From contig JADFPM010000001.1 in the NCBI GenBank assembly GCA_022562335.1, forward strand, positions 1 through 33,640: a stretch of DNA of 33,640 bases, read 5' to 3'. The DNA comes from Chloroflexota bacterium. Its GTDB lineage: Bacteria > Chloroflexota > Dehalococcoidia > Lucifugimonadales > UBA3495. Each line of letters begins with the position of its first letter. Position 1 is the first letter of the stretch. Of the stretch, positions 25,430-33,640 are shown in pieces. The notes under the pieces are model-generated. The model saw nothing but the letters and a program-made list of their open reading frames with translations, was not told where the DNA came from and made no database searches. A program made the position numbers and the translations under genes.

Positions 25430-26275
25430 TCACGGTTTCTCTATGGGAGCGTTGACGATGCTGCCCCATTCGGTCCAGGACCCGTCATAGTTCCGGGTGT
25501 TCTCGAACCCCAATAGTTGGGTCAGCACAAACCAGGTGTGGGACGAACGTTCCCCGATGCGGCAATAGGCGATGGTCTCTTTGCCGCCATCGATGCCTTT
25601 TCCGCCGTACAGCGCCGCCAGATCGTCGGCGCTTTTAAAGCTGCCGTCTTCGGCCACGGCCTGGCCCCAAGGGATGTTAGCCGCGCCGGGAATATGGCCG
25701 CCCCGCTGGGCCCCTTCCTGGGGCAGGTTTTCCGGCGCCAACAACTCGCCGCTGAATTCGGCGGGCGCCCGGACGTCCACCAGCGAAATGTTGCCCGAGT
25801 TTACCGCTCCCAGCACGTAATCCCGGTAGGCGCGGATGCTCTCGTTGGGCTGGGCAGCCCCGTAGGTCTTAACCTGGGCGGTGGTGGCCTCGGTGGAGGT
25901 CGGCCTGCCTTCGGCAAGCCATTTGACCCGCCCGCCGTCCATGAGACGCACGTCCTGATGGCCGTAATACTTCATCTGCCAAAAGGCCCAAGCAGCGAAC
26001 CAGTTATTGTTGTCGCCGTAAAGGATCACCGTCGTGTTGTTGTCTATGCCGGAGCCGCCCAGAAGCCGCTCCATGTCCTCTTTGCTGATCACGTCCCGGC
26101 GCAGGGTTTGTTGAAGTTGATTGTGCCAATCCCAGGCCACGGCGCCCGCCACGTGGCCTTGCTCGTAGGCTGAAGTGTCAACGTCCACTTCAACCAGGCG
26201 GACGTTGGGATCGCTGCCGTGTTGAGAGACCCACTCGGTGGTGACCAGAGATTCTGGGTGCGCGTATTCAGCCAT
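25430..26275 (-). CDS. Tandem-rhodanese sulfurtransferase (thiosulfate / 3-mercaptopyruvate sulfurtransferase family)
   Basis: Two rhodanese domains. The active-site loop YCRIGERSSHTWFVL matches the CysA/SseC-type thiosulfate sulfurtransferases of actinobacteria. N-terminus LVTTEWV...VRLVEVD. Confidence 0.88.
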   Translation of the reverse strand: MAEYAHPESLVTTEWVSQHGSDPNVRLVEVDVDTSAYEQGHVAGAVAWDWHNQLQQTLRRDVISKEDMERLLGGSGIDNNTTVILYGDNNNWFAAWAFWQMKYYGHQDVRLMDGGRVKWLAEGRPTSTEATTAQVKTYGAAQPNESIRAYRDYVLGAVNSGNISLVDVRAPAEFSGELLAPENLPQEGAQRGGHIPGAANIPWGQAVAEDGSFKSADDLAALYGGKGIDGGKETIAYCRIGERSSHTWFVLTQLLGFENTRNYDGSWTEWGSIVNAPIEKP

Positions 26276-26738
26276 GTTAGACCTCCAAATGTCTCAGTGA
26301 TGATTTTGTTTGCGCTCTCGACAATCTATACCGTTGTGCGTATTTTGGGAAGCCCGGAAGCTTTGATGCGCCCGGAGCGGTAAAGATTCAAAAAATCACT
26401 GGGATACCGGGCGAAGGTATGCACCGAAAATGGCGAAGCCGATATTCACGGCGCCGCCGCCGGAAAAGATTTTCGGCCTTAAACATCGCTTTTCCCCGCC
26501 GTAATACGTGAATCCCGTGAAATTGTGCAACGAGTGGATGATTGCCGCATCCCCGGATCATATTTCGAGAAATCCGTGAACCATTCCCTTTCGTAAATTG
26601 AGATGCGGGATACCGCCTAGACGTTGGTCAGGGCCTCCGGCGAAGATGGACCATCCGCGCTGCTTACCGCCTGACTGGGGAAACCGGCGTCCGCCCCGCG
26701 GCAGGCACCATTTCAAAGCGTAATGACGGCTAAAACCT

Positions 26739-26767
26739 TTGCATTTTTAACCCCGCTCCTTTAATAT
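26739..26767 (+). promoter_or_regulatory. Sigma70-type promoter candidate for ftsH: TTGCAT, 17 nt, TAATAT
   Basis: TTGCAT at 26739..26744, a 17-nt spacer, and TAATAT at 26762..26767, about 80 nt upstream of the ftsH ATG. The -10 is embedded in the 19-nt palindrome CTCCTTTAATATAAAGGAG (26756..26774). Confidence 0.5.
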
Positions 26768-26844
26768 AAAGGAGGTTCACCCTATAACTCATAGGTAAAG
26801 TGGCCCGGGATATATCCAAATGGGTCTGAGGGTAAAGGATCAGT

Positions 26845-28842
26845 ATGGGAAACAACCGGTTAATGAGGAATGGCTTCCTTTATCTCCTCGTTATAATAGG
26901 CGTGATAGTCATCTTTTACACGCTGTTGCCCAGCTTCGGAGCCAGTACCGAGCAGCCCATCACCACCGTGATCGCCATGGCCAAAAACCACGAGCTGCGT
27001 GAGGTAGTGGTCGATGGCAGAAAGCTCACGGTCTACCCCAAGGTCAGCTCCGGCGCCACCGGAGACCGTTTCACCAGCCGCATCGGAAGCGACAGCGACA
27101 TAGTAACCCTGTTGGTGGAGAGCGGCGTGGACATCGGACCTCCCAATGGAGTGGAGGTCATCTTCCAAGGCTCCAGCGGCCTGAGCAGCTTCTTCGGGCT
27201 GCTCATAAATTTCCTGCCCATCATCATATTCGGCGGCTTGATCCTGTTCATGATGCGCCAGGCCCAGGGCAGCAACAACCAGACCATGAGTTTTGGCCGC
27301 AGCCGGGCACGCATGGCGCCGATCAATCGTCCCACCGTGTCATTTGACGAGGTGGCCGGGATAGACGAGGCCAAAGCCGAGCTCTATGAAGTGGTAGAGT
27401 TCCTCAAATTCCCCGAGCGGTTCACGGCCTTGGGCGCTCGGATTCCCAAAGGCGTCCTGTTGGTAGGAGCGCCCGGCACCGGCAAAACCCTGCTGGCCAG
27501 GGCCGTCGCCGGCGAGGCGGGTGTCCCCTTCTTCCACATCAGCGGCAGTGAATTCGTTGAGATGTTCGTCGGCGTGGGTGCCGCCCGCGTCCGCGACCTG
27601 TTCGAGCAGGCCAAGCGCAACGCGCCCTGTATCATCTTTGTCGATGAGATCGACGCCGTGGGACGCCACCGGGGCGCGGGCCTCGGCGGTGGCCATGACG
27701 AACGGGAGCAGACCCTCAACCAGATACTGGTGGAGATGGACGGGTTCGAGACCAACACCAACATCATCGTCCTCGCCGCCACCAACCGGCCCGACATCTT
27801 GGACCCGGCTCTTTTACGGCCTGGGAGGTTCGACCGCCGGGTCACCATCGACCTGCCCGACGTTAAGGGCCGGGCCGCCATCCTGAAGGTCCACTCAGCA
27901 GGCAAGCCATTGGCCCCCGAAATCGTTCTGGACACCCTGGCCAAACAAACGCCGGGTTTCAGCGGCGCCGATCTAGCCAACCTGGTCAACGAGGCGGCTA
28001 TCCTGGCGGCCCGCCTGAACAAGAAGGCCATCTTCATGTCCGAGTTCGAAGAAGCGGTGGACCGCATAATCGCCGGACCCGAGAGGAAGAGCCGGGTCTT
28101 CAGCGCCCGGGAAAAGGAGATGACGGCCTACCACGAGGGAGGCCACGCATTGGTCGCCTGGTTGCTGCCCCATGCCGACCGGGTACACAAGATTTCCATC
28201 GTCCCCCGGGGCAATATGGGAGGGCACACCTCTCTGTTGCCCGAGGAAGAAAGGTACTTGTGGACCAAGAACCAGTTTGACGACATGCTGGCGGTCACCA
28301 TGGGGGGCCGCGCCGCCGAACAACAAATATTCGGCGAGCTGACCACCGGCGCCAGCAACGACATCGAACGCGCCACCAAGACCGCCCTGGGCATGATCAA
28401 GAGATACGGAATGAGCGAGTCCCTGGGGCCGAGAACCTTTGGAAAACGGGAAGAGATGGTATTCCTGGGCCGGGAGATCAGCGAAGAGCGGGACTATGGC
28501 GACAAGGTGGCCGAACAGATCGATGAAGAGGTAAAAGCGTTGATCAATGGCGCCTATCACCGGGCGGAAGAGCTACTGGAGACCAACAAGCCCAAACTGG
28601 TGAAGTTGGCAGAATACCTGATCGAGCACGAAACGTTGTCCGGCGAAAACATGGTCAAGCTATTCAATGACGAGGAATTTGGCGACGAACCCGGAAGCCC
28701 CGCAGTGCCGCCTGAGGTCTCTCCCGACGCCCCCGCCTATACATCCCCGCCGCCTCAGCCTGCGGTCCCCCAACCGGCGCCGAGCTTAGGTTCCCAATCA
28801 GACCCTGGGATTTCCGCTCTTCCCGGTGAGGACGACGGCTAG
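26845..28842 (+). CDS. ftsH: ATP-dependent zinc metalloprotease FtsH
   Basis: Two N-terminal TM segments, Walker [24 protein letters not shown], Walker [33 protein letters not shown] and protease motif HEGGHAL. The C-terminal tail is Pro-rich. Confidence 0.97.
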   Translation: MGNNRLMRNGFLYLLVIIGVIVIFYTLLPSFGASTEQPITTVIAMAKNHELREVVVDGRKLTVYPKVSSGATGDRFTSRIGSDSDIVTLLVESGVDIGPPNGVEVIFQGSSGLSSFFGLLINFLPIIIFGGLILFMMRQAQGSNNQTMSFGRSRARMAPINRPTVSFDEVAGIDEAKAELYEVVEFLKFPERFTALGARIPKGVLLVGAPGTGKTLLARAVAGEAGVPFFHISGSEFVEMFVGVGAARVRDLFEQAKRNAPCIIFVDEIDAVGRHRGAGLGGGHDEREQTLNQILVEMDGFETNTNIIVLAATNRPDILDPALLRPGRFDRRVTIDLPDVKGRAAILKVHSAGKPLAPEIVLDTLAKQTPGFSGADLANLVNEAAILAARLNKKAIFMSEFEEAVDRIIAGPERKSRVFSAREKEMTAYHEGGHALVAWLLPHADRVHKISIVPRGNMGGHTSLLPEEERYLWTKNQFDDMLAVTMGGRAAEQQIFGELTTGASNDIERATKTALGMIKRYGMSESLGPRTFGKREEMVFLGREISEERDYGDKVAEQIDEEVKALINGAYHRAEELLETNKPKLVKLAEYLIEHETLSGENMVKLFNDEEFGDEPGSPAVPPEVSPDAPAYTSPPPQPAVPQPAPSLGSQSDPGISALPGEDDG

Positions 28843-28929
28843 CCGCCGTCTAGATTTGGGCCCCCGCTTGGTCCCGGAGGCGTTTGAACCGCAAAGCAGT
28901 GATATATTCCGGCCGCTTCGGGCCCGTTG

Positions 28930-29199
28930 TCACGCAGCGGTCGATTCTTGCTCTCCCTCAAGAGGCAACTGCCGATAATAAATCCCCCATTGCCCCATAA
29001 GGTCGCGCACACCAGGATGGTTCAGCGCCACCAGTTCGCGAAAAAATCCGGCCAGAGCGTGGGCGGGGACTTTAGCCGGGTCGCACACCCAACTCCGCTC
29101 GGCGGGCACCACGTAGATAAGGCCGCTCTGGTGCTCACAGGTGACCTGGATCCGGGTCATATCGGTTCCTTGGGTAACGGTCAGGCCATTATCAGCCAT
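28930..29199 (-). CDS. Hypothetical small protein (89 aa)
   Basis: ORF 28930..29241. I prefer ATG 29199 (MADNGLTVTQGTDMTRIQVTCEHQSGLIYVVPAERSWVCDP...), because GGAGGA lies 8 nt upstream. I recognise no family. Confidence 0.5.
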   Translation of the reverse strand: MADNGLTVTQGTDMTRIQVTCEHQSGLIYVVPAERSWVCDPAKVPAHALAGFFRELVALNHPGVRDLMGQWGIYYRQLPLEGEQESTAA

Positions 29200-29570
29200 G
29201 AATAGAATCCTCCGCCAAAGCCTATCGGCCATCTTTGACAACCGGTCAACAGCGCACCACCGGCGATGATGGGCCCAATGGCATCGATGATATCAGGGGC
29301 CGCAAACAGCCGGACTTATCGCCTATTTCAAGCCGTAAAAGCCCTTCATAAAGGCCAGGGCCAGCCGGTTGCACCAGGGAGTTTAGCATAGTAACGGGAC
29401 TGCGGCCTCACCCGAAGGCGGATTCCCGAACTCCGGAACGTTTGATAATATGGTTTATCATTCCCCGAAGATGGTAGAATCTACAAGGCGAAAACGCCAG
29501 CGGCGGGCTTGATGCCCTAGCTTGATACCCTGCGCTGGCAATATGCTACAGCTAAGAGAGAGGAGTTTAC

Positions 29571-30665
29571 ATGTACCCACCGGGAGGACCCAGGCAGCCG
29601 GAGTTAGACTTCGAGCAGATCATCGCCGGACTGCGAACCAATTTTTCCAAGATCACCGGCCGCTTGGGCGGTGGCGGAGTGGGCTTGGCGGCGGTGTTGA
29701 TCATTGGACTCATCGCGGTGATCTGGGCCGCAAGCGGTGTCTACACCATCAGCCCCGGTGAGCAGGCCGCCCTGAGACTATTTGGAGCGGCGCAACAGCC
29801 GCCGGTGAGCGAAACCGGTCTCCACTGGTGGTGGCCCGGTCCCGTGGGCAAAAACGACGTGTTCTTGGTGAACCAGGTCCGCCGCATGGAATTGGGATTC
29901 CGCAGCGGCGATGGGGTTGCCGATGCCTCGGTACCCGACGAAGCGCTGATGATCAGCGGCGACTTGAACATCGTCGACGTGCGGATGGTGGTCCAGTACG
30001 ACATCGGAAACCTTATCGATTTCCTGTTCAGGGTCGATGATCCGGGCGAGCCCGACCGGAATATCCCGCCGGGCCAGCCCGATGGACTCACCCTTAAAGA
30101 TGCCTCCGAGTCCGCTCTGCGCCTGGTGGTGGGACAACGTTCCATCGGCGACGTGCTGGCGGAAAAGCGCTTACAGATCGAGACTGCAACCAAAGAAAGG
30201 CTTCAGGAAATATTGGACTCCTACAACACGGGCATCAACGTGATCAGCGTTGCCCTGCAAAACGTGCAGGCGCCCGAGGAGGTCCGGGCGGCGTTCAACG
30301 ACGTCTTGCAGGCCAGGCAGGACAAGGTAACCGCCGTCAACCAGGCCCAGGCCTACGAGAACCAGGTGGAGCCCGAGGCCAGGGGCCAAGCGGAGCAGAT
30401 AATCCAACCCGCCGCAGCTTTCAAAGAGGCGCGCATCGCCAGGGCCAAGGGTGAAGCGCTGCGGTTCACGTCGGTATTGACCGAGTACCGGAAATCCAAG
30501 GACGTGACCCGCCAACGTCTCTACCTTGAGGCCATGGAAGACATACTGCCGGTAATCACCAAGATCATCGTGTCGCCGGACGCCGAAACGGTTTTGATCC
30601 TGGGAGGCGGCGGTGGCACCAACAGATTGATCCCAGTGCCGGTCGGTCCGAGCCCACAACCTTAA
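29571..30665 (+). CDS. hflK: FtsH protease modulator HflK (SPFH/band-7 domain)
   Basis: N-terminal TM segment and an SPFH core (SGDLNIVDVRMVVQYDI..., TGINVISVALQNVQAPEEVRAAFNDV, QAQAYENQVEPEARGQA). GAGAGGAG lies upstream of the ATG. The gene is immediately followed by hflC. Confidence 0.85.
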   Translation: MYPPGGPRQPELDFEQIIAGLRTNFSKITGRLGGGGVGLAAVLIIGLIAVIWAASGVYTISPGEQAALRLFGAAQQPPVSETGLHWWWPGPVGKNDVFLVNQVRRMELGFRSGDGVADASVPDEALMISGDLNIVDVRMVVQYDIGNLIDFLFRVDDPGEPDRNIPPGQPDGLTLKDASESALRLVVGQRSIGDVLAEKRLQIETATKERLQEILDSYNTGINVISVALQNVQAPEEVRAAFNDVLQARQDKVTAVNQAQAYENQVEPEARGQAEQIIQPAAAFKEARIARAKGEALRFTSVLTEYRKSKDVTRQRLYLEAMEDILPVITKIIVSPDAETVLILGGGGGTNRLIPVPVGPSPQP

Positions 30666-30696
30666 TCGTTACCTATTCGGGAATTAAGAGGCGTCA

Positions 30697-31656
30697 ATGA
30701 AAATCTTGATAGTTGTGGGCGTGATCGTAGTCATAGCCCTGATACTGGTAAACACCGGCCTTTACGTAGTGGATGAAAGGGAACAGGTCATCATCACCCG
30801 CTTCGGCCAGGTGCAAACGGTCAGCAGGTCCCCGGGCCTGTACCTCAAGATGCCCTTTGTCGATACCGCTACCAGTTACGACCGCCGGGTGCTGCGCATC
30901 GACGCTCCGCCCGAACGCATGCTGGACAAAGACATCAACATCCTTGAGATCGACGCCTACGCCCGTTACCAGATCGTCGATCCGGTGCAATTCCGCAAAA
31001 CATTGCAATCGGAAGAGAACGCCCGCCGGGTGCTGGGCCAAAGGATCAACGCGGCCCTTCGTGCCCAGGTGGCCGAGAGGAGCCGGGAGGAGATCATCGG
31101 CGGCGACGTGGAACTCGACGATGAAGGCAACCCAGTGACCGACGAAGAGGGCAACTCGCAGGTGTCGGCCACGGAAAACCGGGCCATCATGCTAAATGAA
31201 GTGCTGGCCGCCATACGGGATGAGTTGGCCGCGGAACCGGAATCATTTGGCATTGTCATGCATGACGTTCGCATCAAACGCGCCGACTTCCCCGGCGAGG
31301 TTTCCGGCCGGGTTTTCGAGCGGATGAGGTCCGACCGGGAAAAGATCGGCCGCAAGCTAAGGGCCGAGGGTGAAGAAGAGTCTCGCCGGCGCCGGGCACG
31401 GGCCGACCGGACGGTGGAGGTCATCCTGGCCCAGGCCGACCAGGAAGCCAACCGCCTCAGGGGCGAAGGGGAAGCCGAGGCCATCAAGATCCTCGCGGAA
31501 GCCCTAAACGCAGACCCTGAATTCTTCGCATTTCAACGAAGTTTGGAGGCCTACCGGTCAATATTCAACCAACGGACCACGGTCATCCTGTCTTCGGAAG
31601 CCGACATATTCAAATACTTGCAGGGACCCGGCACAGCGTTGGAGAGCGGCAACTAG
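30697..31656 (+). CDS. hflC: FtsH protease modulator HflC (SPFH/band-7 domain)
   Basis: N-terminal TM segment, then VDEREQVIITRFGQ...PGLYLKMPFVD, GIVMHDVRIKRADFP, and RAEGEEE...AEAIKILAEA. This is the typical HflC layout. Confidence 0.85.
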   Translation: MKILIVVGVIVVIALILVNTGLYVVDEREQVIITRFGQVQTVSRSPGLYLKMPFVDTATSYDRRVLRIDAPPERMLDKDINILEIDAYARYQIVDPVQFRKTLQSEENARRVLGQRINAALRAQVAERSREEIIGGDVELDDEGNPVTDEEGNSQVSATENRAIMLNEVLAAIRDELAAEPESFGIVMHDVRIKRADFPGEVSGRVFERMRSDREKIGRKLRAEGEEESRRRRARADRTVEVILAQADQEANRLRGEGEAEAIKILAEALNADPEFFAFQRSLEAYRSIFNQRTTVILSSEADIFKYLQGPGTALESGN

Positions 31657-31710
31657 CGGCGGCGCCAAAACCGTCTCTGCCAAGCCGGCCAAAAAACCGG
31701 CAAACACAAA

Positions 31711-31738
31711 CCCGGCGGGCCCGTCTCCGCCGGGTTTT
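31711..31738 (+). terminator. Intrinsic terminator after hflKC
   Basis: CCCGGCGG (31711..31718), an 8-nt loop, CCGCCGGG (31727..31734), then TTTT. An A-tract precedes the stem. It lies 55 nt after the hflC stop. Confidence 0.8.
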
Positions 31739-31855
31739 AAAAGGTTGACCGCCGGTTGGTGAGGCCCGCCGTGGTGGGGCCTGCGTCCACCATCGATCCA
31801 GGGACCTCGCATCGGGAATGAAGTGATACGCCCGGGAAGCCGGGTTGGCTGTGAA

Positions 31856-33010
31856 ATGAAGATCCACGAACACCAGGCAAAAGACCTTTTCTCCAGATAC
31901 GGCATCCCCGTGCCCAAGGGCGAGGTAGCCACCACTCCGGCGGAAGCCGGCCAGGCCGTCCGGAAACTGGGCGGCCGCGCCGTGATCAAAGCCCAGGTCC
32001 ACGCCGGCGGCAGGGGTAAAGGCGGCGGGATCAAGGTGGTTCAGTCCCCGGAGGAAGCATTAGAATTCGCCGCCGGCTTGTTGGGCAAAAACTTGGTCAC
32101 TCCCCAGACCGATGCCCAGGGTGTGCCGGTCAGCCGTCTTCTGGTGGAAGAGGTCGCCGACATCTCCCGAGAGTTGTACCTGGCCATCACCGTCGACCGC
32201 GGCCGTTGTTTGCCGGCGATGTTGGTCAGCAAATCCGGCGGGATGGACATAGAGCAAGTGGCCGCCACCGATCCCGATGCCATCCATGCCGAACCCATAG
32301 ACCCCGTGTTGGGCTTCTTGCCTTACCAGGCTCGGCGGTTGGCGGACAAACTGGACCTGAAAAATGGGGCCGCCGGCATGGCGGCCCAGATCATGTCCGG
32401 GATGTACCAGCTCTTCGTCCAGCAAGACTGCTCGTTGGTGGAGATCAACCCTCTGGCCGTGACCACCGGCGGAGAACTCATCGCCGTGGATGCCAAAGTC
32501 GATTTGGAGGATGACGCCCTATTTCGGCATCCCGACGCCCAAGGACTTGCCGACCCTTCTCAAGAGAATGAGCTTGAGGCCCGGGCCGCCGCGTTGGATG
32601 TCGCCTACGTCAAGCTGGACGGAAACGTTGGCTGTTTGGTCAACGGCGCCGGCCTGGCCATGGCGACCATGGACGTGATCAGCACCGTGGGGGCGGCCCC
32701 GGCCAACTTCCTGGACGTGGGAGGTGGCGCCAGCGTGGAGAAGGTCGCCGGCGCGGTGGCGATCATACTCTCGGACCCGGATGTAGACCGCATGCTGGTA
32801 AATATATTTGGAGGCATCCTCCGTTGCGACATTGCGGCTCAGGGTATCGTTCAGGCCTATAAGAACACGGGCTCATCGCTGCCGCTTGCCGTACGCATGC
32901 TGGGGACAAATGTCGATGAGGGCAAAACCATCTTGCGAGAATCGGGCTTGGATGTGACCTTCGCCGGCACCATGCTTGAGGCTGCCGAGGCCATCTCAAA
33001 GGTCCGGTAA
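31856..33010 (+). CDS. sucC: Succinyl-CoA synthetase (ADP-forming) beta subunit
   Basis: [20 protein letters not shown]...[17 protein letters not shown]...NPL...VDAKV..DDNALFR-like block...[18 protein letters not shown]...[12 protein letters not shown] chose the ATG at 31856 over the track start at 31823 because it reproduces the conserved M-x-(I/L)-H-E-(Y/H)-Q-(A/G)-K N-terminus. Confidence 0.95.
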   Translation: MKIHEHQAKDLFSRYGIPVPKGEVATTPAEAGQAVRKLGGRAVIKAQVHAGGRGKGGGIKVVQSPEEALEFAAGLLGKNLVTPQTDAQGVPVSRLLVEEVADISRELYLAITVDRGRCLPAMLVSKSGGMDIEQVAATDPDAIHAEPIDPVLGFLPYQARRLADKLDLKNGAAGMAAQIMSGMYQLFVQQDCSLVEINPLAVTTGGELIAVDAKVDLEDDALFRHPDAQGLADPSQENELEARAAALDVAYVKLDGNVGCLVNGAGLAMATMDVISTVGAAPANFLDVGGGASVEKVAGAVAIILSDPDVDRMLVNIFGGILRCDIAAQGIVQAYKNTGSSLPLAVRMLGTNVDEGKTILRESGLDVTFAGTMLEAAEAISKVR

Positions 33011-33117
33011 TCACAGGTTTAAATCCACTTTCAGCCTGTGGGCGTTCCAGTCAGGCCCGTTCCGCCACGCCCATCCCAGTCAATCCGCCACAAATCGATC
33101 CCGGAGATCATGCCTGC

Positions 33118-33640
33118 ATGGGCATTCTAATAGACGAGAAATCCCGCATCTTGGTTCAAGGGATCACCGGCCGCGAGGGCGGTTTCCACGCCAAAAGTTG
33201 CCTCGACTACGGCACCAATGTGGTGGCGGGGGTAACTCCCGGCAGGGGCGGCCAGGTCGTCGATGGAAACATTCCCGTGTTCGACTCGGTGGAGGAAGCG
33301 GTTGAAAAGACCGGCGCCGACGTATCTCTGATCTTCGTTCCCGCTCGAGCCGCCATGGACGCCGTGGTCGAGGCCGCCGATGCCCGGATCGCGTTGGTGG
33401 TCTGCATATCCGAGGGAATCCCCGTTCAGGATATGGTCAAACTGGACCGGTACCTGGACAACAAAGGCGTGCGGCTGATCGGACCCAATTGCCCTGGATT
33501 GATCAATCCCGCCGCCGCCTGCAAGGTGGGCATCATGCCCGGTTCCATACATCTGCCGGGCCGGACCGGAGTGGTCTCCCGCAGCGGCACCCTGACCTAT
33601 GAAGCGGTGGCTCAGCTCACCGAGTTGGGGATAGGTCAAT
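33118..33640 (+). CDS. sucD: Succinyl-CoA synthetase alpha subunit, N-terminal part; the gene continues past the window end
   Basis: Absent from the ORF track because there is no stop in the window. Hand translation from ATG 33118 gives [46 protein letters not shown]...IFVPA...SEGIPVQDM...[10 protein letters not shown]...IMPG...[12 protein letters not shown], which are canonical SucD blocks. Confidence 0.9.
   Translation, partial: MGILIDEKSRILVQGITGREGGFHAKSCLDYGTNVVAGVTPGRGGQVVDGNIPVFDSVEEAVEKTGADVSLIFVPARAAMDAVVEAADARIALVVCISEGIPVQDMVKLDRYLDNKGVRLIGPNCPGLINPAAACKVGIMPGSIHLPGRTGVVSRSGTLTYEAVAQLTELGIGQ

Noticed and set aside
25517-26173. 218-aa ORF antisense to the rhodanese gene
   Set aside because: It is a shadow ORF. 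The opposite strand encodes a complete tandem-rhodanese protein with the active-site CRIGERS loop.
27384-28067. 227-aa ORF antisense to ftsH
   Set aside because: It is a shadow ORF of a canonical FtsH AAA+ domain. The product is Ser/Arg/Pro/Ala-rich with no motifs.
33011-33117. Unusually long (107 bp) sucC-sucD spacer with a 6-bp hairpin CACAGG-n17-CCTGTG
   Set aside because: The stem is short, the loop is long, and there is no U-tract. It is probably just a spacer within the operon and not worth a finding.
33127-33639. 170-aa minus-strand ORF at the window end
   Set aside because: It is antisense to the hand-translated sucD N-terminus, which matches SucD blocks residue by residue.

Overview
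GC-rich window (roughly 60% by eye) that looks like ordinary chromosomal core. I support 25 protein-coding genes, two of them running off the window ends. I found no rRNA, tRNA, CRISPR array, transposase, integrase or other mobile-element signature. Gene order, with strand: LivK/AmiC-like binding protein (-, partial), FIST sensor (-), membrane-anchored YvcK-like protein (+), Wzz/BY-kinase fusion (-), VanZ (+), SIS-type phosphoglucose/phosphomannose isomerase (+), MFS transporter with a His-rich tail (-), ligA (+), a 684-aa orphan protein, pth and a lipoprotein gluzincin (+, tightly coupled), a PhnD-like binding protein, GAF-GAF-PAS histidine kinase and REC-only regulator (-), a nitrogen block amt / micro-ORF leader / amt / glnA (-), rhodanese (-), ftsH (+), a small orphan (-), hflK-hflC (+), sucC and sucD (+, sucD partial). 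The gene content and GGAGG-type ribosome-binding sites suggest a Terrabacteria/Chloroflexota-like organism, but that is inference only. No known defence, secretion or biosynthetic island is recognisable. The parts I cannot explain with known features are: (i) the regulatory DNA of the two ammonium-transporter genes, which carries 11-bp-phased GTTNC/GTTAA pentamer arrays, a 4 x 11-bp tandem repeat that encodes overlapping AUG-CGG-UCU-UGA minicistrons, an unannotated 27-codon hydrophobic micro-ORF with a strong SD, and an attenuator-like hairpin; (ii) the 684-aa protein of unknown function, translationally coupled to pth and a secreted metalloprotease; (iii) a Walker-A Lys-to-Arg BY-kinase without polysaccharide genes nearby; and (iv) a three-gene binding-protein/kinase/regulator sensory module. 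All family assignments come from reading motifs in the supplied translations. No database search was run.
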